Of a stretch of DNA of 64,000 nt, positions 51,430-64,000 are shown piece after piece; the first letter of the stretch is position 1; each line of letters begins with the position of its first letter. The DNA is from Rhynchobatus australiae. Lineage: Eukaryota. Location of the stretch: contig JAUZTB010000076.1 in NCBI GenBank assembly GCA_034780895.1, positions 90,501,038-90,565,037 of the forward strand. The letters are read 5' to 3'. The notes beneath the pieces are model-generated. The model searched no databases. It saw nothing but the letters and a program-made list of their open reading frames with translations, and had not been told where the DNA came from. A program made the position numbers and the translations under genes.

Positions 51430-51670
51430 CAAGAGCTTCTGCAGATACTGGGATCTGGAGAAACACACACAAAATGCTTGAGGAACTCAGCAGGTCAGGC
51501 AGCATCTACAGAGGGAAATAAACAGTTGATGTTTTGGGTCAAGACCCTTCATCAGGACTAGAAAGGAAGAGGGCAGAAGCCAGAATAAGAAGGTTGGGGG
51601 AAGGGGAGGAGCACAGGCTGGCAGGTGATCGGTGAGTCCAGTTGAGAGGGGGAAGGGTGGTAGGTGGATG
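51430..51670 (+). repeat. Short interspersed 'ctgcagatgctgga...gaggaactcagcaggtcaggcagcatc' family
   Basis: The same motif recurs at about 11175, 30150, 39265, 41080, 43480-43555, 45115 and 59100. Confidence 0.75.
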
Positions 51671-52399
51671 GGTCTCACCCTGATATTAAATCAAGGCTGC
51701 TTCGGCTCTCTCAAGGAGACATAAAAGATCCTTTGCCACTACTATGAAGAACAATAGGTGGATTTTTCCTTGGGCCCTGGTCAATATTTATCCCCCAGCC
51801 AACATCACTGAATTATGATCTTGCTGGATACAAATTGACTGCTGCATTTTCTGCAGTACAGAAGGAAATGTACTTTAAAAAGAGTTTGTCATTTAAGTGC
51901 TTGTGAAAGATGGTGTATAAGTTCAACTCTTTCTAAAAGGTAAGGGTGGGATTTGAGTGGTGGGGGCATGGAGATGATAGTTAATGCAACAATCAAGTGT
52001 GGAAGCCTGGGCAACAGGGTCCAGGTTATTTCACTGGAGCCCAATTCTTCACCTCAATAATCTAAAAATTGCCTTTTCAGGGGTTGCTCAGCTGTACCAC
52101 CAGTCAACCATCACTCAAGCGCTGGAGATGATGCAGAGATTTACACAAGCATTGAAGAAGATGCAGCTGCATACTCGGTGAGTGGAGTTGATGTAGCAAG
52201 ATACTCAAGCAATGGAGGTGATCAGAGATAAAAGCAAGGAATGAAGGTGATGCAAAGTAGAGTTATGATTCATTTTATAATGCCAAAGATTTCAGTCACA
52301 AACCAAGTGAGCAGATGAATAGAAAAATAGGTCAGGTGAATGCATGTTTGAAGGGATGGTGCAGGAGGATGGTCTTGAGGTTCCTGGAACCCTGGATGT

Positions 52400-54250
52400 T
52401 GAGGAATACTGAGGGTTGGATAAGGAGAAAAAGGGAAGCATGCGACAGGTATAGGGAACTAATGATGGGGGAAGGCCTGTTAAGAGTATAAAAAGTATAG
52501 GGAGGTGCTTGAGAAGGAAATCAGAAAGGCAAAGAGGGGACTCAAGAAATAACTGGCAGACAGAATTAAGGTAAATCCGAAGGCATTCTACAAGTATATT
52601 AAGAGCAAAAGAGTAACCATGGAAAAGGTAGGGCCCATTAGGGACAACAGGGGTAATCTGTGCATGGAGCCAGAAAGTATAGTTGAAGTCCTAAATGAAT
52701 ACTTTTCATCGGTATTCACAAAGAGAACAGACTTTGTAGTTGGAGAGTTCAGTAAAAGGGTTAGTGAAAGTCTAGTGCATGTCTTCATAAAGAAAGAGGA
52801 GGTTCGTGATGCCTTGGTAGACTTAAAGGTGGATAAATCGCTAGGACCAGATGGGATTTATCCAAGGCTGCTGCAGGAGACAATGGAAGAGATTGCTGGN
52901 NNNNNNNNNNNNNNNNNNNNNNNNNNNNNNNNAGTGAGATACCAGATAACTAAAGGACATGATCTCCTTTTTCAAGAATGGCAGCAAGGAAAAGCCTGGT
53001 AACTATAGACCTGTGAGCCTAACATCAGTGGTAGGGAAGATGCTGGAAAAAATTCTGAGGGAGAGGGATGTGTCTGCGTGGGTCTCCTCCAGGTACTCCG
53101 GTTTCCTCCCACATTCCAAAAGACATACAGGTTGGGATTTGTGGGCATGCTATGTTGGCGCCGGAAAAGTGGCTGCCCCCAGCATATTCCCAGTAATGCA
53201 TAAAGATGCATATCGCTGTGTTTCAATGTACATGTGACTAATAAATAAATATCTTGTATCTTATCTTAATGATCACTTGGAAAGGCAGGGAGCAATCAGA
53301 ATGGCTCACATTGCTTTGTCAACAGCAGACCCTGTCTGACCAATTCAATTGAATTCTTTAAAGAGGTAACAAAGTATATCAATGAGGGCAAGATAGTAGA
53401 TGTGATTTACATGGACCTTAGTAAAGCCTTTGACAAGGTCCCACATAGGAGACTGGTTCAAAAGGGTTAGGGCCCAAGGGATCCTAGGCAAGTTGGCAAA
53501 CTGAATCCAAAATTGGCTTAGCAATAGGAGACAGAGGGTGATTGCAGAGGGCTGTTTTTATGATTAGATGCCTCTGACTAGTGGTGTCCCACAAGGGTTG
53601 GTGCTGGGACCCTTACTGTTTATAACATTTATCAATGACTTGGATGTGGATATGGGAGGCATGATCAGTAAGGTTGCAAATGACACGAAGATTGGCTGAG
53701 TTGTTGATATTGAGGAAGGTAGTCCTTGGCTGCACAGAGATATCGATGTTTTGGTGAAATGGGCTGAAGAATGGTCAGATGGGAGTTTAATCCAGACAAA
53801 TGTGAGGTTATGCATTTTGGGAGCACTAATGAGGCTAGGACATATACTGTACCATGAATGGTAGGGTCTTAAGGAACATTGAGGAACAGAGGGACCACTG
53901 ATTACAAGTTTATAAATCTGAGAAGGTAGACAACCTGGTTAGGAAGGCATACGGGTTATTGGCCTTCATCAATCAGGGCATTGAATACTTAAGTAGGGAG
54001 GTTATGCTACAACCTTATAAAACCTTGGTCAGACCTCAGCTGGAGTACTGTGGGCAGTTCTGGTCACCAAAGTATAGGAAGGATGTGATAGTGTGGAAAG
54101 GGTACGGAGGAGATTCACCAGGATGTTGCCTGAGGTGGAACACTTCAGTTATGAGGAGAGACTGAAGAAGCCAGGTCTGTTCTTCCTGGAGCAGAGGTGG
54201 TTAAGAGGGGACATGGTTGACTATATAAAATTATGAGGGGTATAGATGAT
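52400..54250 (+). mobile_element. CR1 LINE ORF2 remnant with a V-SINE inserted
   Basis: NPKAFYKYI, VLNEYFSSVFT, DKSLGPDGIYPRLL, PGNYRPVSLTSVVGKMLEKIL, YMDLSKAFDKVPH, SGVPQG and YKTLVRPQLEYC motifs. Confidence 0.92.
53068..53265 (+). mobile_element. 5'-truncated V-SINE nested in CR1
   Basis: The V domain and tail (catgtgactaataaataaa) interrupt the CR1 frame right after LEKILRE. Confidence 0.8.
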
Positions 54251-55469
54251 GATGGGTATAGTGATGCCGCAGTTAAATTATTGGAGTAATAATCTGAAGG
54301 CTTGGACTGACAATCCTGAGACTCAGGTTCAAATCCCACCATTGGAATTTGAATTTGATTAATGATCTGGAGTGTCGGGGGAAAATAAACAGTCTTTAGG
54401 AATAATGACCACAAAACTATCCAAATAAATCCTTACCTGGTCTATGTATGATCTTAGACCCCTGATTTGAATGGCCATTTAGTTGTACCGTAATTGTGAC
54501 ACGAGGCACTGAATTGAGACCAGTCGCTATCAATTTTGCAAAGTCCTCCTCACAAATATCTAGAGATTGATATCTAAATTTGGAGAGCTGTATCACAGAC
54601 TAGTCAAGCAACAGTGCAACATAATCAAACTCACAGAACACCTTACAGGCATCATGCTAGATTCCTGGGTGTTGTGGTTAAAAGTGCCATTTGAGGTTTC
54701 CATTTGTAAATGTAACATGTTTTTATTCAGCACAAGCAGACAGGCAGGGGAGATCTGCTGGAGGAGTCCCCCTAGACTTGAGGCATGTCAAACTTTTATA
54801 AAAGATAATAGCAGATGATCAAATACAGTTGTAATTGTTACAATNNNNNCTTCAGTATTTTGGATGTGAACAAATGATTCTGTCAAGTTATAGATTTACA
54901 AAGAGAACACCTCTTAACCAACAAAACTAATTGAATGTTCAAACAGCTTTTATGAGACAGGTGGTTCACATTGACATTCGAAAGCTTTTGAGGACAAAAA
55001 CCAGACATTCTAAACGTCCTTTTTTACCACCATGTTGTGAACAGTGGTTCTTTGGATACACAAACATCCCAAGTATTGATTGACAGAATAAATATGGCTG
55101 TGTGGTAAAATAGCCAGTCTGGAATCCTTTTATCTAGGTCCCAATGGTGTAAAATATCTTAGCTTAAGGTGCCTGAAGCCTTGTTTGATGTTGTCCAATT
55201 AAGGTTGTCCTTCTGTCTGTACATTTGGCCAATATGTTGAAGAATCACTTAAATTTCCAAAGTATATCTCTCAAGTGGCTCCTGCTGTGAACCAGTAATC
55301 TCCCCCTTCACATACAGCATTGATTGTTTTCAAAAACAATTACTGCTTGTAGGTTATATTTGAAAGCAGTTTGAAGGCTGGTTCTTGTTTGTATTAGTGG
55401 CTACAATACCTTAGGCTTTTAAACTCTCTGGAAATGGCTGTGATTCCTTCACACAGGGTATTTCTTTTC

Positions 55470-55832
55470 CCACTGTCACTCCACTCTTTAAAAAGGGAGG
55501 CAAAAGAAAGGAAATTATAGGCCAGTTAGCCTGACTTCAGTGGTTGGTAAGATGTTAGAGTTCATGATGAAGGATGAGTTTTCAGGGTACTTGGAAGCAC
55601 CTGATAAAATAGGCTGAAGTCAGCATGGTTTCCTTAAGGGGAGATAATGCCTGATTAATCTGTTGGAATTCTTTGAGGAAGTAACAAGCAGGACAGACAA
55701 TGGAGAGTCAGTGGATGTTGTTTATTTGCATTTTCAGAAGGCTTTTGACAAGGTGCCACATATGAAGCTGCTAAACAAGATAGGAGCCCATGGTATTAAA
55801 GGAAAGGTACTAGCATGGATAGAAGATTGGCT
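55470..55832 (+). mobile_element. CR1 reverse-transcriptase fragment
   Basis: NYRPVSLTSVVGKMLE and LEFFEEVT..VDVVYLHFQKAFDKVPH..LAWIEDWL motifs. Confidence 0.9.
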
Positions 55833-58124
55833 GTACACCGTCAGGAATGGGCCTTTTGGGCCTGTTCTATTGCTCCATAAGAGAATACTGATTCTCCATC
55901 TTGGCTTCACTTTTTGCCTGATCCCCATGTCCCTTGATTTCATTTGCACACAAAACTTTATTGATCTGTCTTGAATATTTGCATAAAGAGAGGATTTACA
56001 GCCAATTGGTTTAGACATTTCCCAAGATTCACATGCTTCTGAGTGAAGGGATTTCTCCTCATCTCATTCCAACATTTAGAGACATTACCTTTGAATTTCA
56101 AGATTAGCTAACCAGGAGAAACAGCCTCTCAGCATTGGCTCTCCCATCTTATAAGTTTTTTTTTGTTTCAACGGCATCACCTCTCATTCTTCTTAACTCC
56201 AAGATTAAAGGTCCATCCGACTCAATCTGTTCACACAGAGCAGCTTTCTCCTTCCAGGAACCAATTTTATCTAGCAAACAGAGGAATTGAGAAGTAGTTT
56301 GCTGTTTTCAAACCAACAAAAGACTTTCATCCACGCTTTTGTGCCTGGGCCACCCTCTCCACTGAGGTCGAGGTCACTTTTACTCTCAACTTCCTAGCTT
56401 CAGGATCTTTCCAAGAAGTAGCAGCAAATCTCAGCCATGTCCCTAAACATGCAGCTAATTGTTAATCACAAAAGGAATTTTGTCATTGGAAAGGATTCTT
56501 TCATGCTGAGGTGGGACACACATCCAAACATTTTCAGTGACTCGCAATTCCCAGAGGGAAGGATCCTGGGACCAACTGATATCGTCTTTTTGTGACTATT
56601 CTCACCAGCTCAATGCTCAACCACAGAGCAATGTATGCAAAGCCCATGGTGATACCTCACTTGTCTGCTGCATGCTGCAGACCAAAGACAGCAGCAGAGG
56701 GCCATGAAGTGGAGTCTGGAGGGTAGTGGGTGCAAGAGGACCAAAAGGAAGAGGGCAGCTGGTAGGGCACTGTCCCAGTTCAGCATTCACAGCCTCATTC
56801 CTCAGCGGAGTGGAGGGAAGCACTGTCAGTGAAATCATTGTCACATGCAAGTCAAGTGACCCTCGCCACACTTCAGTCAGCACCACCAACATAACTAGCT
56901 GGGGGAGCCCAGGTGATACAAAAATTCTCACTTCCTGCTTTGCAGATCCACCTGTCCCTCTTATAATATTTGACTGAATTAATCCCTGCTGCAGTTACTT
57001 AAATGCTCTTGTCCGAATATCTCTGTATTTCCTGATGGGAGGTGACTTGCTTAAAGAAATCAGACCTCTGCATCAAAAGCATTTCTTCATGAGCATTTTG
57101 CAGATATAACTGATGAAGTTCAGATTACCATGACATACATTGTGAGGACATGAAACTTGTTTCACATTGCTCAATTGTGTGTGAATTGTCATATCTGAAG
57201 GAGACTACTGAGATCACCTGTGGCCTGGCTGTTCTTATGGTGGATCTGGCATGTCTCCTGGTTCCCTTTACATATTGGATCTGTTCCATGGCCTTTATGA
57301 TTTTGAACAAGATTTGCATGTTCCTTTGTGCAAAAATGGTATTTGCCTCCCCCACTGCAGCCATATTATGTGTTGAGTATTACTGCTGTACCTTTTAAGT
57401 CTGGCACCCTTCTGGTTCACAGCAGCAGTGTCAGAAAACATTCCAAATTGAGTGAGGTCACATTGGAAATAATACAGGTCCTATTTAAGCATGTGTTCCT
57501 AGGTGTAAATCATCCTAATGCCATTTCACACTGGATGTTAGGGGGAAGTAAGTTAGAGTTAGCCCACCAAAAATAGGTGAAATCTAATTTCTGGGCATAG
57601 GAGTCTGGGCCAATAGTTGGAGGTGCTGCCTTTTTGATGAGGTATTAAACAAAGAAACATCTGCCTTCTCTAGATGTTAAAGTTCCCATGGCTGTTGTTT
57701 TCAAGAGTGGGGGAATTATCACCAGTGTGCTTGCCAATGTTTATCCCTCAATCAGCAGTTCTCATAAAGATTAACCAATCATTAATACGTTGCTTGGGAG
57801 TTTAATCTGCATAAATTGGCTGCTGGATTTTACATTACATTACAGTAGTAAATGTACTTCAACAGTACTGTACTTNNNNNNNNNNNNNNNNNNNNNNNNN
57901 NGTATAAGTACTAGTTTTTTTTCTTTTTCCAAGTCTTAGTTCCATTATAAATGAGTATCCTGAGTCATGAGGTAATGGTGTCAAAGTCCCCTCCAGAATA
58001 GGAGAAAATGATTTGACTTTGCCATGGAATATTGTGGGGGTGTCATATTTTAGATGAGACATTAACTCAATGCTCTGTTTGCCTGTTCAATTCGATGTAA
58101 AATATTTAAAGATTTTTAAGATAT

Positions 58125-58388
58125 TCTTTATTAAGTCACATGTACATTGAAACACACACAGTGAAATGCAGATTTTTCGTAGCGTGTTCTGGGGGCAGCC
58201 CGCAAGTGTTGCCACGCTTCTGGCGCCAACATAGCATGCCCACGACTTCCTAACCCATACCTCTTTGGAATGCAGGAGGAGACCTAAGCAGACATGGGGA
58301 GAACGTACAAACTCCTTACAGACAGCGGCCGGAATTGAGCCCGGGTCACTGGCGCTGTAATAGCGTTATGCTAACTGCTACACTACTA
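58125..58388 (-). mobile_element. V-SINE nested in a Deu-domain SINE
   Basis: Same family as 44745-45030. Deu-domain sequence breaks at gatgtaaaa (about 58100) and resumes at gcactactt..aagaagaatagggcagttct. Confidence 0.8.
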
Positions 58389-60999
58389 ATTGCACTACTT
58401 AAGAAGAATAGGGCAGTTCTCTAGTGTCCTGGACAATATTTATTCGTTCATTAAAAAGTAAATTCATTGATCATTTAACTTGTTTGCCATTTTGAGACAT
58501 TGTTGGTTGGTGTCTGTCTACTTAACGAAGTGGTAACACTTCAAAATAATTCATTAGATATAAAAGCTTATCATTATCCCAAGGTACTAAATATTCTTAT
58601 TGAATTGTCCAGGAGCAATAAGTTCCTCATTACAGAATTAGTAATGATGATAATCAGTGCAGAATTAAGCAATGCAGACCAGCTGACTCCCAGCTGTTGA
58701 AGCAGCTGATCCAGGATAGCACGGCAAAATATTCTATGGATGGGCTTAAGATCTTGTGCCGGCCCTGTATTCTAGGTTGGGAGCTACCAAAGCTCATGCT
58801 TACATTCACACCTTGTTTGGCCACATGGTACATGGTTATGCTCAGTATAAACATGCAAAGGGTGTCCAGTAAGGGCAAGATCAGATTAAGCTTGGTTAGG
58901 GCCAACCCTGTCCCCATAACTTCCCCCATCCCTCAAAAATCTGTCAAATATTCTGCTGAAACTGTCTAAGATGAATCCTGAGGAAAGATTGTGAATAGTG
59001 TCCAAGAATCCTTAATGAAGAAGAGTGGAGTGATTCCCTTTCCCATCTTAAGAGTCAAAGAACAAGACTTTCAAGGCCTTTCTGTTGAAAGGACTTTTAC
59101 CTGTTTCTCTCTCCACAGATGCTGCCCACCCTGCTGAGTGTTTCCTGAATTTTCTTTTTATTTCATATTTCTGGTATCTGCATCATTTTGCTATTAAGAT
59201 CTACTGTACACCACTTGAAGTTTTCGTAAAACATATACAATTGGAATGTTTCCTAGCCTGGTGATAATTGAAAGATAATGCTAGCAGCACCGCCCACCTA
59301 ATGCATCTTTATCATGTTTGTTTCTTCCTTCATGGCATAAAGACAATTGGCATTGGTTGGGAGGAGGTGGAGACACATCACTTAAAAAGCATGCTAACAT
59401 AATTTGTGCTGCACAAAGCAACAATCAACCAAGAAATGAAAATTTAATGAACTGATAATTATTTTGTTGAAGAACATTGTTTATATGTTACACTATGATT
59501 GTTGCGCCATAAACTGAATTCTGCAATCGCAACTAAACATTAACTATCTGCTTTTATGTAGTGCTTTGAATGCAGTATAATGTGCCAAGGTGGTTCACAG
59601 TGGGATTACTAAACAGCAAACCATGCATTGGGGCTGAAAGATGTTTTTAAGAGAAGGGAGTATGGAGACCAAGTGAGAAAATCCAGAGTTTATGGCTTTG
59701 GCAGTCAAAAGCAGGATAATTAAAACGGGAGCATGCCCAACTCTTGTTCTTACTATGGTCGGTCCTATTCAATTTTTTTAAAAACAAATTATATCAACTT
59801 AGAAAATGACATTAATACTAAAAAAGTTAATCTTACATGGGAGTAGAAATTTGTTTTTGTGACCTGGTGCTAACTAGATGCCGGAGTATCAGCTACCTGT
59901 TGTACTCTCCCCATCAATTCATTCCACTGAAATGAAAGGGGGTGGAGCAGTCAACAATATAATAGCAGAGCTTAGTACTGGTCTTCAAAATTGTACTACA
60001 TTGATAGTCTTGAAGCTGACAAGTGGATATAAATATTGAACACATTCTACCAAGGGCTGTGATACTCAGCATTATCCAGAGATTACTTCTATCACCTCTG
60101 ACCTCTATCACCACTGTTTAGGTGCCTATGGGTTTCCATTATGAGTCTTTGTAGCTCCACGTTACTGTCACGTTGGGAATTGTTCTTATTTCTTGCTCAC
60201 CAGAAAAATATGAATAGGAGCATAGCTCCTTGAATTATATTTTTCCTTGTTCTTTCTTAAATCTCATGATTTAAATCAATAATTCACTGTGGAGAATCTT
60301 AGGTTCAAACCCACAACCCTTCACTCTGAGAGGTAGTATGTTGAATATTCCAGAAAATAATCTCTGAGGAACATAGATTGTGATTCTCGGCAGTTACATT
60401 GGCAGTTTAATTAAACACCAAACCATGTTTTAGGACAGCAGAAATATATGTTTTAAGAAACAAAAGAATACAGGGAGACCAAGCAAGAATCAGATAATCT
60501 ATTTTAGTGATACTGACTCAGGGATATGTTTTGCCCAAAGACATCAGGGAAAGCATTCCTGTTCTTGGAAACAATGGTCATGGAATCCTATACAGGGAGC
60601 AGATCAGCCTCAGTTTAATGTCTCATCCGAGACTTCCAGTAATGCAACAGATTCTCAGTAGTGTCAACCTAAATGTCGTGTTCAGACTGGGTCTCCAAAC
60701 TACAGTCTGAATTCACAACCTTAACATTGACCAAAACTGGCATATTCAGAGGTGGGTTATCACTACCGTTAATGAAAGATTAGTGATGACATTGCCCTCA
60801 GCTGCATCTTCCATTATGAATAAAGCCATTTGAAGGTGAGTTATTTTTTAAAGCTCTGCTGAAGCATCATTCAACCTGAGTTTGTGGACGTATTAACCAC
60901 GACTTTCCCCAGCACTCCCCATCTGGAGGACTACATTGAAAAAAGGAAAGAAAATGAAGGGGAAGGATGGGGGGGAAAAAAGACAAAGTATGGGGAAAT

Positions 61000-62739
61000 T
61001 ACAAATATTTATTCTTAATTGTGCTATCAATTGATCTTAACAAAATTAAGGGCACAATATTCATGACAGCATTACATTTCAAAAGGCATCTTTGATAAAT
61101 TATAGTGAGTTATGTCTCCATACATTGATATAACTTCTAAAGTACCCACCAATACATTGCAGTGTTAGAGAAGTAGAAAAAAAGCAAAGAGGCATTGGAT
61201 AATGCCACAATTAAGTTAAACTCTACCCTCATATAAAGGTGGAAAAATAATTAGGATGAGATATTAAGACAGGGATTCCATAATATTGATATTTCTAATA
61301 ATATGTTTCATTAATGACTTCCTGAATTCAATGTGTGCTTTTGCACATAAGCCAAATATACAGATGTACAGTCAATTATACAGTAGAATTTGGGGAAAAT
61401 GTATTTTAACAAATACAGGAAAACATTAAAAATTAGTGAATAATACCAAAGTATTTATTCTAAACACAGAACATGTAAATATCTGGAAAGCAACTTTCAT
61501 AATATTAATTTGCCATCTTCTGGCATAATTTCTATAATCAACATTCTGACCTAAAATATTTGGTCATAAAACATCCCACTGATCTCTCCAATTAGCTCTA
61601 CCAGTCTGTTTGATTTATGTATTCATCTGTATTGCTAAATGATAGCAGCTGATAACAAACTCAGTTTACCCAAGCCAGTCAGTTTACATATAAATGAAAA
61701 CATGTAAAATATCAGATATTCTAGTCTTCCTTTCAATTTAGTATTCTTTTACACTTAAAAAATTTTATTTAGTGAAATATTATTTTAGTTACAATACAAC
61801 TCATTGCAGTGATAGTGTTTACCTCCATTCCAATTACAGTTTAATTTAGCAGAATTAATCCAAAGCATATTGAAGCATAAATTAACATATATTTCTAGAA
61901 AGTTAATTATATGAATAGCATCATGTATTGTATTTTTATGTGATTTTTAAAACTCCATTACAGGGATACCTACATTTATTGCTTGTAATCTATAAAATTA
62001 TTATTAACCTAGGAATTTCTAGAAATATACTTCTCATTTACAGGAACATTCTAAACATCTGGTACATTCATTTGTTAACATACTCTACAGTTGATGGTTA
62101 ATAATTCATTAAGACTAAAAGGCAAGNNNNNNNNNNNNNNNNNNNNNNNNNNNNNNNNNNNNNNNNNNNNNNNNNNNNNNNNNNNNNNNNNNNNNNNNNN
62201 NNNNNNNNNNNNNNNNNNNNNNNNNNAGATAATTATAAATACATGGTATTACATAGCACAAAATACACCATCCATGTTACAGTACACAAAGCATGTCATT
62301 TACAATCTAAACAACACCCTGACTGTTCATTCTTTCTTTAAAATATATATTTGTTAATTATTTGTGCTGTCAGTTCAGTGCGGAAACACATAACGAAGTG
62401 CAAGGTGTAAACAACCCAAAAATACTGTGTTCACTGCCCTGCTACCCTCCCCCTCCCATGTATTTGAATTAATGTTCTGGACATGTGAAGCCGCAACTAG
62501 GATGTATCCTCCTTGCAGCTCAGAACCGTTATTAACTGTATTTTATTGACTGCCACAAGCATTTCCCCTAATTGCTCCCAATGGCAAAGAACAATTTGAT
62601 TCTCCTTTTCACACAACAGACAATGGAGACCAACACTGAGACAGCTTAGACCCAGCTGGTACTGCCTCACATGCACGATGACGAGTCTTTGACCTAACAG
62701 CAGATAGTTCGTGTTTCTTCCTGACAATCCCAGCAACCC
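61000..62739 (-). other. LGALSL: Probable LGALSL 3' UTR
   Basis: Repeat-poor AT-rich sequence after the stop codon, with several minus-strand AATAAA (near 62542, 61975, 61453, 61008). The true end is unknown. Confidence 0.5.
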
Positions 62740-62910
<171 letters not shown>

Positions 62911-64000
62911 TTACAGTGTAATTATCAACACAACTACAATATAATACATTTATGTAGAATATTAAGTACATAAAATATTGGATCCTACTCCTTGAAAGAC
63001 AGGAATGACCATTTTTAAAAATTCATTTATGAGAACCGGATCTCACTAGCAAGATCAGCATATATTGGCCATCCTTAAGAAAGTGGGGAGCTGCCTTTCA
63101 GAATGGCTTTAGTCCATCAAAAGAAAATAACTCCCACTGTGTTTCTTGGAGGCAGCCACCTGAGATTGTTCTGCCAAATATTCAATGAGATCATGACAGA
63201 TCTATGACCAGGCTGCATAGTTAATAGTTTTGTCCTATATGCCTTAAGGTCAAAAACAAAAATCTTNNNNNNNNNNTTAATTATCAAAAATTTAACAATC
63301 ACATTTATTTAAGTTAATCATTAACCCAACACCAATCACTGCTTGTAGGAGGTAGCAACCACAACCCCACCTCTTACAAAACCTGCCTGAGATCCAACAC
63401 CTGCTTGCAAATGCACTTGGTGGTTGTGACCTGCTGACTTCAGACAGCAATAAACTGGATGCTGGAGATCCTGCAAGGCTTTGCCAGGAAAAGCTTGGAG
63501 TGGTGGGGATTCTGTGGGGTCTGCAAGAGGCTGCAAGCCTTGCATAGCAGGACAAGCAGCTCCAGTGAGAACAGCAGCAGTGGGGGAAAGGTGGGAGTAA
63601 AGGGACAGAGACCTCACCAAAAAAAATGTTCATTTATTAGCACAGTGGATGACTGCAATGATGAGCGTGCTGCTTTTCCTTCCTGAATAGCAACATACTT
63701 AAAATTGTTAGCTCATGTCTCATACTGAAAAAATGTGCAGGTTAGTTTATAAAGAATAAGAATGACATCAGAAACAGAAATGAAAAATGGCGTAAATTTG
63801 CACAAATGACTGGNNNNNNNNNNNNNNNNNNNNNNNNNNNNNNNNNNNNNNNNNNNNNNNNNNNNNNNNNNNNNNNNNNNNNNNNNNNNNNNNNNNNNNN
63901 NNNNNNNNNNNNNNNNNNNNNNNNNNNNNNNNNNNNNNNNNNNNNNNNNNNNNNNNNNNNNNNNNNNNNNNNNNNNNNNNNNNNNNNNNNNNNNNNNTTT

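Overview
Vertebrate genomic DNA, very probably a cartilaginous fish (shark/ray-type V-SINEs, Deu-domain SINEs, CR1, Penelope and L1-like repeats), from a gappy draft assembly. The minus strand carries the 5' part of the aftiphilin gene (AFTPH): a CpG-island promoter and probable non-coding exon 1 at about 40.5-40.9 kb, a giant first coding exon at 28041-25910, and four small exons at 7311-7166, 6859-6733, 6070-6014 and 4770-4639. I did not find the remaining 3' exons. Upstream on the same strand lies the last coding exon of the galectin-related gene LGALSL (62883-62740), the same order as I recall for mammals. Four pieces of one IR/DR-type DD34E Tc1 family flank the big AFTPH exon in inverted orientation, and they form two composite units of the pattern Tc1 + foreign DNA + gap + Tc1 end. 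One unit encloses what reads as a KANSL1L PEHE-domain exon with intronic splice signals, on the AFTPH strand and phase-compatible with it. The other splits a CR1 at a TA site. These are either Tc1-mediated capture of host DNA or repeat-induced assembly chimeras, and long reads would decide. Gene identities come from recalled protein similarity, not database searches. Repeat boundaries are approximate.
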